This document shows positions 1 through 6,986 of a DNA stretch of 10,457 nucleotides, one piece after another. Within the stretch, counting starts at the first letter, position 1, and each line of letters begins with the position of its first letter. The notes under the pieces were generated by a model. It was not told the origin of the DNA, made no database searches, and saw nothing but the letters and a program-made list of their open reading frames with translations. The translations under genes and the position numbers were made by a program. This DNA comes from Halobacteriaceae archaeon. GTDB taxonomy: Archaea; Halobacteriota; Halobacteria; Halobacteriales; Halobacteriaceae. The stretch covers positions 32,158 to 42,614 of the forward strand of contig JBDGTS010000054.1 in assembly GCA_042216675.1 (NCBI GenBank). The letters run 5' to 3'.

Positions 1-1
1 C

Positions 2-364
2 GAGGACGAGGACGCCGTCGTCGCCGCGTTCCGCGACCAGCTCCAGCGCACCGGCGAGCGACTGCTGGCGGCCGAGGACGGCGACGATCTGGCGGCGCTC
101 CTCTCGGACGACCGGGTGGCTGACAGCGTCGCCGCGGCGCGCGCGGAGTCGCTGTGTTCCCGCGGCGAGGCCGACTTGCTCGTCGCGGCCCTCCGGCGCG
201 ACGGCCCCCTCCCCCTGTCGGACCTCGCGGCGCGCGTCGACGCTGACGCCGGCGCCGTGGGGGGCTTCCTGACGGCGCTCCGGAGCCGGGACCTCGTCGT
301 CGAGAGCGAGGCCGGGTGGCGCTTCGACCGGGAGGCGCTCGCCGAGATGGCCCGCGACGAGTGA
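2..364 (+). CDS. 5'-truncated protein with probable C-terminal winged helix-turn-helix domain
   Basis: The frame of the listed 116..364 ORF is open from position 2 (EDEDAVVAAFRDQLQRTGERLL...), so the gene starts upstream of the window. The C-terminus GPLPLSDLAARVDADAGAVGGFLTALRSRDLVVESEAGWRF fits helix-turn-helix plus a beta-hairpin wing. Confidence 0.7.
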   Translation, partial: EDEDAVVAAFRDQLQRTGERLLAAEDGDDLAALLSDDRVADSVAAARAESLCSRGEADLLVAALRRDGPLPLSDLAARVDADAGAVGGFLTALRSRDLVVESEAGWRFDREALAEMARDE

Positions 365-393
365 TTTAGGGGCTCGCGGCGCCGACCCGGCAC

Positions 394-1194
394 ATGGACC
401 TCCCCGAGGGCTGGACGACCGGCACCGTCCGCGCGAACGGCATCGACGTCCACTACTACCGCGTCGGCGAGGGACCGCCGCTCGTCCTCAACCACGGCGT
501 CACCGACGACGGCCAGTGCTGGGCTCCCCTCGCCGAGGAACTGCGCGAGGGCTACGACGTCGTCATGCCCGACGCGCGGGGCCACGGCCAGACCGAGTCG
601 CCGGCGGAGGGCTACGGCATCGACGACCGAGTGGCCGACCTCGTGGGCCTCGTCGACGCCCTCGACCTCGCCGACCCGATTCTGATGGGCCACTCCTACG
701 GCGGGTCGACGGTGCTCGCGACGGCCGCGCGCCACCCCGACCTGCCGCGCGCGGCGGTGCTGGAGGACCCCGCCGGGATGCTCACCCGCGACGGCGACTT
801 CGACCCCGACGCCGCGGCCGCGGAGTTCCGCGAGAACCTCGCGTCGTGGCGCGCGATGGACCGCGCCGAACTGGTCGCCACGTTCGCGGCGCGCGGGCGC
901 GACCCCGAGTTGTCACAGCGCCTCGCCGACGCCAGAGAGCGCGTGTCACCGAACCTCGAAGCGGGGTTCCGCGCTGGCTTTCCGGACCCCGCCGACCAGT
1001 TTCCCGAGGTGGCGTGCCCGCTCCTCGTCCTGAAAGCCGACGCCGACGAGGCCGAACGCGCCGCGCACCGCTCGCTGGTCGGCCGGGCACCGAACGGGCG
1101 CATCGTCCACGTCGACGGCGCGGGCCACTGCGTCTTCCGCGACCGGTTCGACGCGGCCTCCGCTGTGCTCTCGGACTTTCTCGCCGACGTGTAG
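394..1194 (+). CDS. alpha/beta fold hydrolase
   Basis: HG oxyanion motif (LNHGVTD), D-x-R-G-H-G (DARGHG), nucleophile elbow GHSYG, C-terminal catalytic His (GAGHCVF); 266 aa. Confidence 0.93.
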   Translation: MDLPEGWTTGTVRANGIDVHYYRVGEGPPLVLNHGVTDDGQCWAPLAEELREGYDVVMPDARGHGQTESPAEGYGIDDRVADLVGLVDALDLADPILMGHSYGGSTVLATAARHPDLPRAAVLEDPAGMLTRDGDFDPDAAAAEFRENLASWRAMDRAELVATFAARGRDPELSQRLADARERVSPNLEAGFRAGFPDPADQFPEVACPLLVLKADADEAERAAHRSLVGRAPNGRIVHVDGAGHCVFRDRFDAASAVLSDFLADV

Positions 1195-1230
1195 GACGGC
1201 GCCGTCGCTACGCGGGTAAAAATGTCAAAA
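1191..1230. terminator. Putative terminator region between convergent hydrolase and cold-shock genes
   Basis: Palindrome GACGGCGCCGTC (1195-1206), extendable to GTAG...CTAC (1191-1211), followed by A-tracts that read TTTTGACATTTTT on the minus strand downstream of the csp stop; oligo-T is the known archaeal termination signal. Confidence 0.4.
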
Positions 1231-1265
1231 TGGTTGGTTTGAAACGCTACCTCGGGGTTACCGGT

Positions 1266-1460
1266 TTACAGGCGCTCGACGTTCGTCGCGCGCGGGCCCT
1301 TGGGGGCCTGCTCGATGTCGAACTCGATCTCCTGTCCTTCCTCGAGGTCGGGGCCGCCAACGTCCTCCATGTGGAAGAAAACGTCCTCGTCCGCGTCCTC
1401 AGTCTCGATGAAACCGTAACCGCCTGTGTCGTTGAAGAAGTCAACCTTGCCTTTCGCCAT
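1266..1460 (-). CDS. cspA: cold-shock domain protein (64 aa)
   Basis: C-terminal 64 aa of the listed 1266..2702 ORF: MAKGKVDFFNDTGGYGFI...DVFFHMEDV...KGPRATNVERL with RNP1-like (GYGFI) and RNP2-like (VFFH) motifs; ATG at 1460-1458. Confidence 0.96.
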   Translation of the reverse strand: MAKGKVDFFNDTGGYGFIETEDADEDVFFHMEDVGGPDLEEGQEIEFDIEQAPKGPRATNVERL

Positions 1461-1488
1461 CGCGTCTGTACGGACGCCCGCCGCACTA

Positions 1489-1516
1489 ATAACACTTTTG
1501 CGAGACGCGGTACCAC
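1489..1516 (-). promoter_or_regulatory. Putative promoter and upstream element of cold-shock gene 1
   Basis: Minus strand GTGGTACC-N11-AAGTGTTAT, with GTTAT 29-33 nt upstream of the ATG (TATA-box position for a leaderless or short-leader mRNA); same layout as upstream of csp 2. Confidence 0.6.
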
Positions 1517-1567
1517 ACGGCTCGGTTTGGACGCCCGCTTTTGTGACGTCCACCCGAGCATCGAGAT

Positions 1568-1843
1568 ATGCACGACGTGGCGCTCGTTCTGGAGAAACAG
1601 GGCCGCGGCCCGGTGACCGTGGAGACGGAGGACGGTACGACGTACGAACTCGAACTGACCGAGACCGAACACGACGAGAGCGGCTTCCACGCCGAGGCCG
1701 AGGACCAGTTCGCAGAGGACGTGTTCTACCGGCTCTCCGCGCCGAAACACGACGGCGAGCGGGTGCAACTGGAGCGTCGGCACGCCCGCGACGAGGAGTG
1801 GACTGACCTCGGCCCAGTCGTCGCGGCCACGAAGGAGTCCTGA
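1568..1843 (+). CDS. small acidic hypothetical protein (91 aa)
   Basis: Strong GAC/GAG codon usage, acidic composition, TTTTGT about 28 nt upstream, ends 4 nt before the next gene. Confidence 0.8.
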   Translation: MHDVALVLEKQGRGPVTVETEDGTTYELELTETEHDESGFHAEAEDQFAEDVFYRLSAPKHDGERVQLERRHARDEEWTDLGPVVAATKES

Positions 1844-1847
1844 GGCG

Positions 1848-2795
1848 ATGGCAGTTGACGAGGGGAGCATCGGAAACACGCCGCTCGTCGAACTCGACCT
1901 CGACGTCCCCCCGCTCGTCGTCGCCAAAGTGGAGTGGCTCAACTGCCACGCCTGCCCGTACGCGGGGTCGCTGAAGGCCCGCATCGCAAAGCGGATGCTC
2001 GACGAGGCGGCCGTGCGCGGCAGAACCGTGGTCGAACCGTCGAGTGGCAACACCGGCCGTGCGCTGGCCCGCATCGGCGAAGCGCGGGGCCACGACGTGC
2101 GCGTCGTGATGCCCGCGGACGCGGCCCGCGGAAAGCGCGAGGGGGTCCGCGCGGCGGGCGGCGAACTGGACCTCGTGCCCGCCGCCGCGGGCTACGACGC
2201 GGTGATCGAGCGGAGCCGGGACCTCGCGGCCCGCGAGGACTTCGTTCGCCTCGACCAGTACGAGAACCCCGCGAACCCGAACGCCCACGCCGCGACGACG
2301 GCGGTCGAACTCCGCGAACAGGCCCCCGACCTGACGCACGTCGTCGCCGGGGTCGGCACCGGCGGCACCGTCACCGGCCTCGCGCGCGGCCTTCCGGACG
2401 CGACAGTCGTCGGCGTCGAACCGACGGCGGAGGACCACGATATCGGCGGCCTGAAGTTCCTCTGTGCGCCGGACGCCTACCACCCCGGCACGTTCGAGGC
2501 GGGCCGCGTCGACCGGACCGTCTACCTCGACACCGAGGCGGCCTACGCCCGCGTCCGGTCGCTCCGGGACCGCTACGCCGACCGGTCGGTGACTATCGCC
2601 GACGCGGGGCAGTACGACCGGTCGCTGGTCGCGGACCAGCTCCGCGTCGACGGCGCCTTTCTCCCCGGCATCTCCAGCGGTGCCGTCGTCGAGGCGGTCC
2701 ACCGACTCGCGGACGCGGGAAAAGTCGGCGCCGACGACACGGTCGCCGCCGTCTTCGCGGACCGGGGCGACGTGTACCCGACCGCACCGATTTAG
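1848..2795 (+). CDS. PLP-dependent cysteine synthase family (fold type II) enzyme, atypical
   Basis: IGNTPLV start, GSLK with the PLP lysine, SSGNTG substrate loop, DQYENPAN, GVGTGGT phosphate-binding loop, GISSGA, terminal ADRGDVY. Confidence 0.88.
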   Translation: MAVDEGSIGNTPLVELDLDVPPLVVAKVEWLNCHACPYAGSLKARIAKRMLDEAAVRGRTVVEPSSGNTGRALARIGEARGHDVRVVMPADAARGKREGVRAAGGELDLVPAAAGYDAVIERSRDLAAREDFVRLDQYENPANPNAHAATTAVELREQAPDLTHVVAGVGTGGTVTGLARGLPDATVVGVEPTAEDHDIGGLKFLCAPDAYHPGTFEAGRVDRTVYLDTEAAYARVRSLRDRYADRSVTIADAGQYDRSLVADQLRVDGAFLPGISSGAVVEAVHRLADAGKVGADDTVAAVFADRGDVYPTAPI

Positions 2796-2971
2796 AGCAG
2801 GAGTCCCGCGACGAACACCCCGAGACCCACCAGCGTCAGGCCGCCGGCGTACAGGTAGCCCAGCGCGTTCGCGCGGTACTCCTCGTCGTGGTCGGCCTCG
2901 CGCACCTCCAACAGCGTGGACGCGCCGAGGGCCGCGACGGCGCCGCCCGCGACGACGACGAGGGGTCGCAT
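2792..2971 (-). CDS. small membrane protein, two hydrophobic segments (59 aa)
   Basis: From ATG at 2971: MRPLVVVAGGAVAALGASTLL-EVREADHDEEYRAN-ALGYLYAGGLTLVGLGVFVAGLLL; AT-rich element near 2997-3000; stop overlaps the stop of the convergent gene. Confidence 0.65.
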   Translation of the reverse strand: MRPLVVVAGGAVAALGASTLLEVREADHDEEYRANALGYLYAGGLTLVGLGVFVAGLLL

Positions 2972-3002
2972 CGCTGGCCTTTCGCCCGCCGCGGGCAAAA
3001 CT

Positions 3003-4445
3003 CTAGTCGTCGGCCGCCACGTCGGGGCGGAACTCGCGGCTGATGGACTTCCACTTCCCCGTCGAGAAGCGGTAGTAGTTGATGGCCGCGGGGACCCCGC
3101 TCTCCGCGAAGAAGGTCAGCCCGAGGCCCAGAAGCCCCAGCGACGTGGTGGCGCCGAGGTAGGCCAGCGGAAGCACGCCGCCGAACATGCCAAGCGCCTG
3201 ACTGTAGAACGGCCAGCGGGTGTCCCCGCTCGCGTCGAGTGCCCCCGCCGCGGCGCTGGTGACGCCCTGCCCGACGACGGAGGCACAGGCCGCGTACACC
3301 AGCCAGATGGCGGCGAGGACGTCGATTTCGCCGGGGTCGTCCACGAACAGATGGACGATGGGTTCGGTGAACACGAGGACGATGGCCGCGGCGACGAGGT
3401 ACGTCGCCACCGAGTAGCGCACGATCTCGTGGCCGTACTGCTCGGCGCCCTCCTCGTCGCCCGCGCCGAGTTCCTGCCCGACGAGCGAACTCGCGGCGAG
3501 GCCGAAGCCCCATCCCGGAGTGTTCAGCAGACCGCGGATCCGCCGCGCGACGATGTACGCCGCGAGAATCTTCGGCCCGAACATCGCGACGATGGCGAGG
3601 AGGGGGAAGCGCGCCACCGTCCACGTCGCGTTCCGGCCGATGACGGGGAGGCTGATGCGCACGAGGTCCGCCAGCGTCTCCCGGTGGACGTACGAGCCAA
3701 AGGGACTCACCGTCGCCGGGAAGCCACGCGTGCCGGGGAGCCGACGGACGCTCAACAGGACGGCGAACACGCCCGTCGCCATCGCGTTCGAGAGGACGGT
3801 GCCCAGCGCCGCGCCCGCAGCGCCCATCCCCAACCCGAAGATGAAGACGGCGTTCAGGCCGATGTTCGTCGCGGCGCCGCCCGCCCGCACGACCATCGGC
3901 GTCCACGCGTCGTCGGCGCCGATGAAGATGCGGCTGCCGATGAGGTTCAGGCCGGCGAACGGGACGCCGAGGCCCACGATTTTCAGGTACGCCGCGCCGT
4001 GGCGAATCGTCGCCGCGTCGTCGGTCAGCAGGCCGATGAGTTCCTCGGGCAGGAACCAGAACAGCGCCGCCAGCGGAAGCGTGAGGACGACGACGAGGAG
4101 CACGCTCGACCGGATGGCCTGCGCGAGTTCGCCGTACGCCTCCGCGCCGTAGCGCTGGGAGACGAGCGCAATCGTGCCCGCCGCGATGCCGCCGCCGAGG
4201 GCGAACGCCAGCCCCCAGTAGGGGCCCGCGAGGCCGACGCCGCCGATTGCGGCGCCGCCGACGGCCGTCCCGACCATCGCCACGTCGACGGCGTTCTTCG
4301 ACATCCGGGCGATGCCGGTGACGATGCGCGGCCACGACAGGTCGACGGTCCGGCGGATGCGCTCTTCGGACACCAAATCCACGCGGGCCAGGGCGTACCC
4401 GATGGCTAACAGCGTCAGTCGGACGGGGTTCGGAATGGCGGACAC
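3003..4445 (-). CDS. MATE family efflux transporter
   Basis: 480 aa, about 12 hydrophobic segments in two repeats, motifs VDVAMVG, LVSQRYGA, SSLVGQELGAGD, GDTRWP; GTG start. Confidence 0.92.
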   Translation of the reverse strand: MSAIPNPVRLTLLAIGYALARVDLVSEERIRRTVDLSWPRIVTGIARMSKNAVDVAMVGTAVGGAAIGGVGLAGPYWGLAFALGGGIAAGTIALVSQRYGAEAYGELAQAIRSSVLLVVVLTLPLAALFWFLPEELIGLLTDDAATIRHGAAYLKIVGLGVPFAGLNLIGSRIFIGADDAWTPMVVRAGGAATNIGLNAVFIFGLGMGAAGAALGTVLSNAMATGVFAVLLSVRRLPGTRGFPATVSPFGSYVHRETLADLVRISLPVIGRNATWTVARFPLLAIVAMFGPKILAAYIVARRIRGLLNTPGWGFGLAASSLVGQELGAGDEEGAEQYGHEIVRYSVATYLVAAAIVLVFTEPIVHLFVDDPGEIDVLAAIWLVYAACASVVGQGVTSAAAGALDASGDTRWPFYSQALGMFGGVLPLAYLGATTSLGLLGLGLTFFAESGVPAAINYYRFSTGKWKSISREFRPDVAADD

Positions 4446-4591
4446 GGGGGTACGCCACTCCTTTTAGGCCCAGTCAAAAACCCGTTCCGTCTTCGGCAGA
4501 GCGCGGGGTCTACGCGATTGCGTGGCCCCGTTCTCCGTTCGGGTTCGAAGCCGCTCCGCACTCAGCATCCGCTCGGCGGTGTGGTCGTCTG

Positions 4592-4627
4592 AAAAAATCT
4601 CAATCGGTGCGCGTCGCGTGAGCGACG
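4592..4627 (-). terminator. Putative terminator of cold-shock gene 2
   Basis: Hairpin CGTCGC-N4-GCGACG (4612-4627) followed on the minus strand by a T6 tract (4597-4592), within 50 nt of the stop. Confidence 0.45.
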
Positions 4628-4639
4628 GGTGTCGCGGAG

Positions 4640-4846
4640 TTACAGGCGGACGACGTTCGCCGCGCGAGGCCCCTTCGGCGAGGACTCGATGTCGAACTCG
4701 ACCTCGGTCCCTTCCGTCAGGTCCTCGCCGCCGACGTCCTCCATGTGGTAGAAGACGTCTTCGTCCTCGTCGAGGTCGCCGTCGTCAGTCGAAATGAAAC
4801 CGTAACCGCCTGTGTCGTTGAAGAAGTCAACCTTTCCTTTCGCCAT
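4640..4846 (-). CDS. cspA: cold-shock domain protein (68 aa)
   Basis: C-terminal 68 aa of the listed 4640..5140 ORF: MAKGKVDFFNDTGGYGFISTDDGDLDEDEDVFYHMEDV...KGPRAANVVRL; ATG at 4846-4844; paralog of 1266..1460 with a 4-aa longer acidic loop. Confidence 0.96.
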   Translation of the reverse strand: MAKGKVDFFNDTGGYGFISTDDGDLDEDEDVFYHMEDVGGEDLTEGTEVEFDIESSPKGPRAANVVRL

Positions 4847-4874
4847 TACAAACAAACGTAGGGTCGGTGCAGGG

Positions 4875-4902
4875 ATAACCCTTCCGAGGGTCAGGGTACC
4901 AC
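4875..4902 (-). promoter_or_regulatory. Putative promoter and upstream element of cold-shock gene 2
   Basis: Minus strand GTGGTACC-N11-AAGGGTTAT, at the same distance from the ATG as for csp 1. Confidence 0.6.
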
Positions 4903-4914
4903 GCCCCTCGTGCG

Positions 4915-5256
4915 TCACGCGTTCAGCGTCTCCGCGAGGTCGCCGTCCTCGTCGAGTTCCGCGAGGATGTCGCTCCCGCCGACGAACTCGCCGTCGACGA
5001 ACGTCTGGGGAATCGTCTCCCACCCGCTGTGGTCTTCGAGGGCCTCGCGGTACGCGTCGAGGGCCTCCAGTACGTCCACCGTCTCGACGTCCTCGCGGTG
5101 CTGTTGAATCAAGCCGAGCGCGCGCCGCGAGAAGCCACACTGGGGCATCAGCGGTGTCCCTTTCATGAAGAGCACCACCTCGTTCTCCGCGATGGCCTCG
5201 TCCACGTGTTCCTGTACTTCCTCGGCGGAGAGGTCCGACTGCTGTTCGAACGCCAT
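4915..5256 (-). CDS. grxD: monothiol glutaredoxin, Grx4/CGFS class
   Basis: FMKGTPLMPQCGFS, WETIPQTFVDGEFVGGSD motifs; the second ATG (MAFEQ, 5256) is chosen as the more likely start. Confidence 0.93.
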   Translation of the reverse strand: MAFEQQSDLSAEEVQEHVDEAIAENEVVLFMKGTPLMPQCGFSRRALGLIQQHREDVETVDVLEALDAYREALEDHSGWETIPQTFVDGEFVGGSDILAELDEDGDLAETLNA

Positions 5257-5295
5257 GGGGGCATGTCGCACGCTGTGGGGAAAGGCCTGTCGCCC

Positions 5296-5529
5296 TTATT
5301 CGGGCGTCCGCGTCTTCAGCTCCAGCGCGTGGATGTCCGTCGTCATCCGGTCACCGAGGGCGTCGTACACCAGTTCGTGCTGTTCGACCAGTGACTTCCC
5401 CGCGAAGGCAGGGGAGACGACTTCCGCGGCGAGATGGTCCTCGTCGTCCGGTCCCCGCGGCTGTGTCACCGTCGCCTCGGCGTCGGGTACGTTCTCTTCG
5501 ATGAGTCGCTCGATTTCGGAGAGGTCCAT
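5296..5529 (-). CDS. bolA: BolA family protein (77 aa)
   Basis: C-terminal part of the listed 5296..6219 ORF: DHLAAEVVSPAFAGKSLVEQHELVYDALG...IHALELKT matches the BolA signature; adjacent to a CGFS glutaredoxin. Confidence 0.93.
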   Translation of the reverse strand: MDLSEIERLIEENVPDAEATVTQPRGPDDEDHLAAEVVSPAFAGKSLVEQHELVYDALGDRMTTDIHALELKTRTPE

Positions 5530-5586
5530 GCCCCACCAGTCGGGACGCGGCGACAAAACCTTGGCCGTCCGGTCCCGAGCGGGGAC

Positions 5587-5883
5587 GTGCGCGTCATCGA
5601 CTTCGTCTACGACTCCGCGTCGGCGCCGCCCCACGTCACGGCCGTCCTCGACGCCATCGAGACCCGCGAGGAGGACGTCCGCATCCTCGACGTGAGCGGC
5701 GACGCGTCCCGCCGCGACGCGTCGCTGGCGGTCCGCGAGGCCGTCCGCATCGGCGACTACCCCGAGGAACTGTACGGCGACGACGGCACCCTCGACTTCT
5801 CGCCGGGCGCCCTCGTCACCGAGGCACCGACCGGTCGCCGGACGCTCCACGTCGGTGCGGACGCTCTCGACGCCCTCGACTAG
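5587..5883 (+). CDS. hypothetical protein (98 aa)
   Basis: From GTG at 5587: MRVIDFVYDSASAPPHV...VGADALDALD; typical codon usage, acidic, divergent from bolA across a 57-nt gap. Start is inferred. Confidence 0.75.
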   Translation: MRVIDFVYDSASAPPHVTAVLDAIETREEDVRILDVSGDASRRDASLAVREAVRIGDYPEELYGDDGTLDFSPGALVTEAPTGRRTLHVGADALDALD

Positions 5884-6356
5884 TCCTCGTCCGTCCAGTA
5901 GTCGACGGCGTCTTCCTCCCGAAAGTAGCCGTGGACCGTCCGCTCGCCGTCGCCGCCCGGCGGCGCGCCGGCGAAGACGCCCACCTTCTCCGAGTCGGGG
6001 TAGACGGTGACGTCCGGGTCGCGCATCGTCGAGACCATCAGATAGCGCAGAGGCCCGTCGCCGTCGTTGACGACGCGGTGCGCGCCGTCCTCGCTCGCCG
6101 GGAGCGCCACGTAGTCGCCCGCGTCGAGGGGGTAACTCCCCCCGGCGAGGCGAATCGTCCCCGCGCCGTCGAGGACGAACAGGGCCTCCTCGTTGCCGGT
6201 GTGGTAGTGGTAGGGCCACGACCGGCGGCCGGCGGGGAGTTCGTACAGGCTACAGCCGAGTTCCTCGCCGCCCGCTGCCGCGCCGAGTTGCTTGCGCTTG
6301 AGGGCCATCTCTTCGCGTTCGGTCCACTCCAGTTCGTCAGCGCTCACTTTGCCCAT
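5880..6356 (-). CDS. cupin domain protein (158 aa)
   Basis: C-terminal part of the listed 5880..7100 ORF; cupin metal motifs PYHYHTGNEEALFVLDG and GDYVALPA...AHRVVN; ATG at 6356. Confidence 0.92.
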   Translation of the reverse strand: MGKVSADELEWTEREEMALKRKQLGAAAGGEELGCSLYELPAGRRSWPYHYHTGNEEALFVLDGAGTIRLAGGSYPLDAGDYVALPASEDGAHRVVNDGDGPLRYLMVSTMRDPDVTVYPDSEKVGVFAGAPPGGDGERTVHGYFREEDAVDYWTDED

Positions 6357-6431
6357 GGCCGGCCATCCGGGCCGGACGTGAAGTGTGTTCCGTCCGCTGA
6401 TACTTTGTCGCTGGCGGTCAACCGACCGGCC

Positions 6432-6986
6432 ATGCCGGTCGACTTCGAGCACTTCGGGGACGATCAGCCACTCGACGGCCTCGCAGACCGGGGCTGTGAC
6501 ACGGCCGACGCAATCGTGGCCGAACTCCGGACGGTCGCTGACGTGGAGGGGACGCTCGACGCCGATGCCGCGCCACGGGTCGTCGAATTCACCGCGGGAG
6601 AGGCCGACGAGACGGCCGTCGCCGCGGCGACGGACTTTCTCGATAGCCTCTGGCGGGTTCGCCGGGCGCTGACCGGCGGCGAGAACGGCGACGTGGACCC
6701 CCTCGTCCTGCTGGGGACGACTCGTCTCGCCGTCGCCGACTGGGAGCGCGTGGCGTCGTTCGTCGGCGACGACGGCGACGATAGCGACGACGGGGGTTCC
6801 GCCGGGACCGGGACGCTCGCATCCGCGATCAGCCACATCAAGCGGCACCTCCAATCGCTCACTTCGCTCGTCACGACGCTCCTTTCCACGGCCGGGTCGC
6901 TCGACTCGTGGACCCTCTCTGGCGACCTCTCGGGCTCGGTTCCGGGCTTCGCGGGGTCGCTCGGTCTCTCGATGACCTTCGATTAG
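6432..6986 (+). CDS. hypothetical protein (184 aa)
   Basis: From ATG at 6432 (MPVDFEHFGDD...); acidic; ACTTTGT element about 27 nt upstream; fills the gap between cupin and the CruF-like gene. Confidence 0.75.
   Translation: MPVDFEHFGDDQPLDGLADRGCDTADAIVAELRTVADVEGTLDADAAPRVVEFTAGEADETAVAAATDFLDSLWRVRRALTGGENGDVDPLVLLGTTRLAVADWERVASFVGDDGDDSDDGGSAGTGTLASAISHIKRHLQSLTSLVTTLLSTAGSLDSWTLSGDLSGSVPGFAGSLGLSMTFD

Noticed and set aside
1568-1843. Small protein upstream of the cysteine-synthase-like gene as a CysO/SAMP-type sulfur carrier
   Set aside because: No C-terminal Gly-Gly (ends ATKES) and no visible ubiquitin-like signature.
1266-4846. csp paralogs as direct repeats flanking a mobile cassette
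   Set aside because: Both are intact, diverged genes; no transposase, integrase or target duplications between them.
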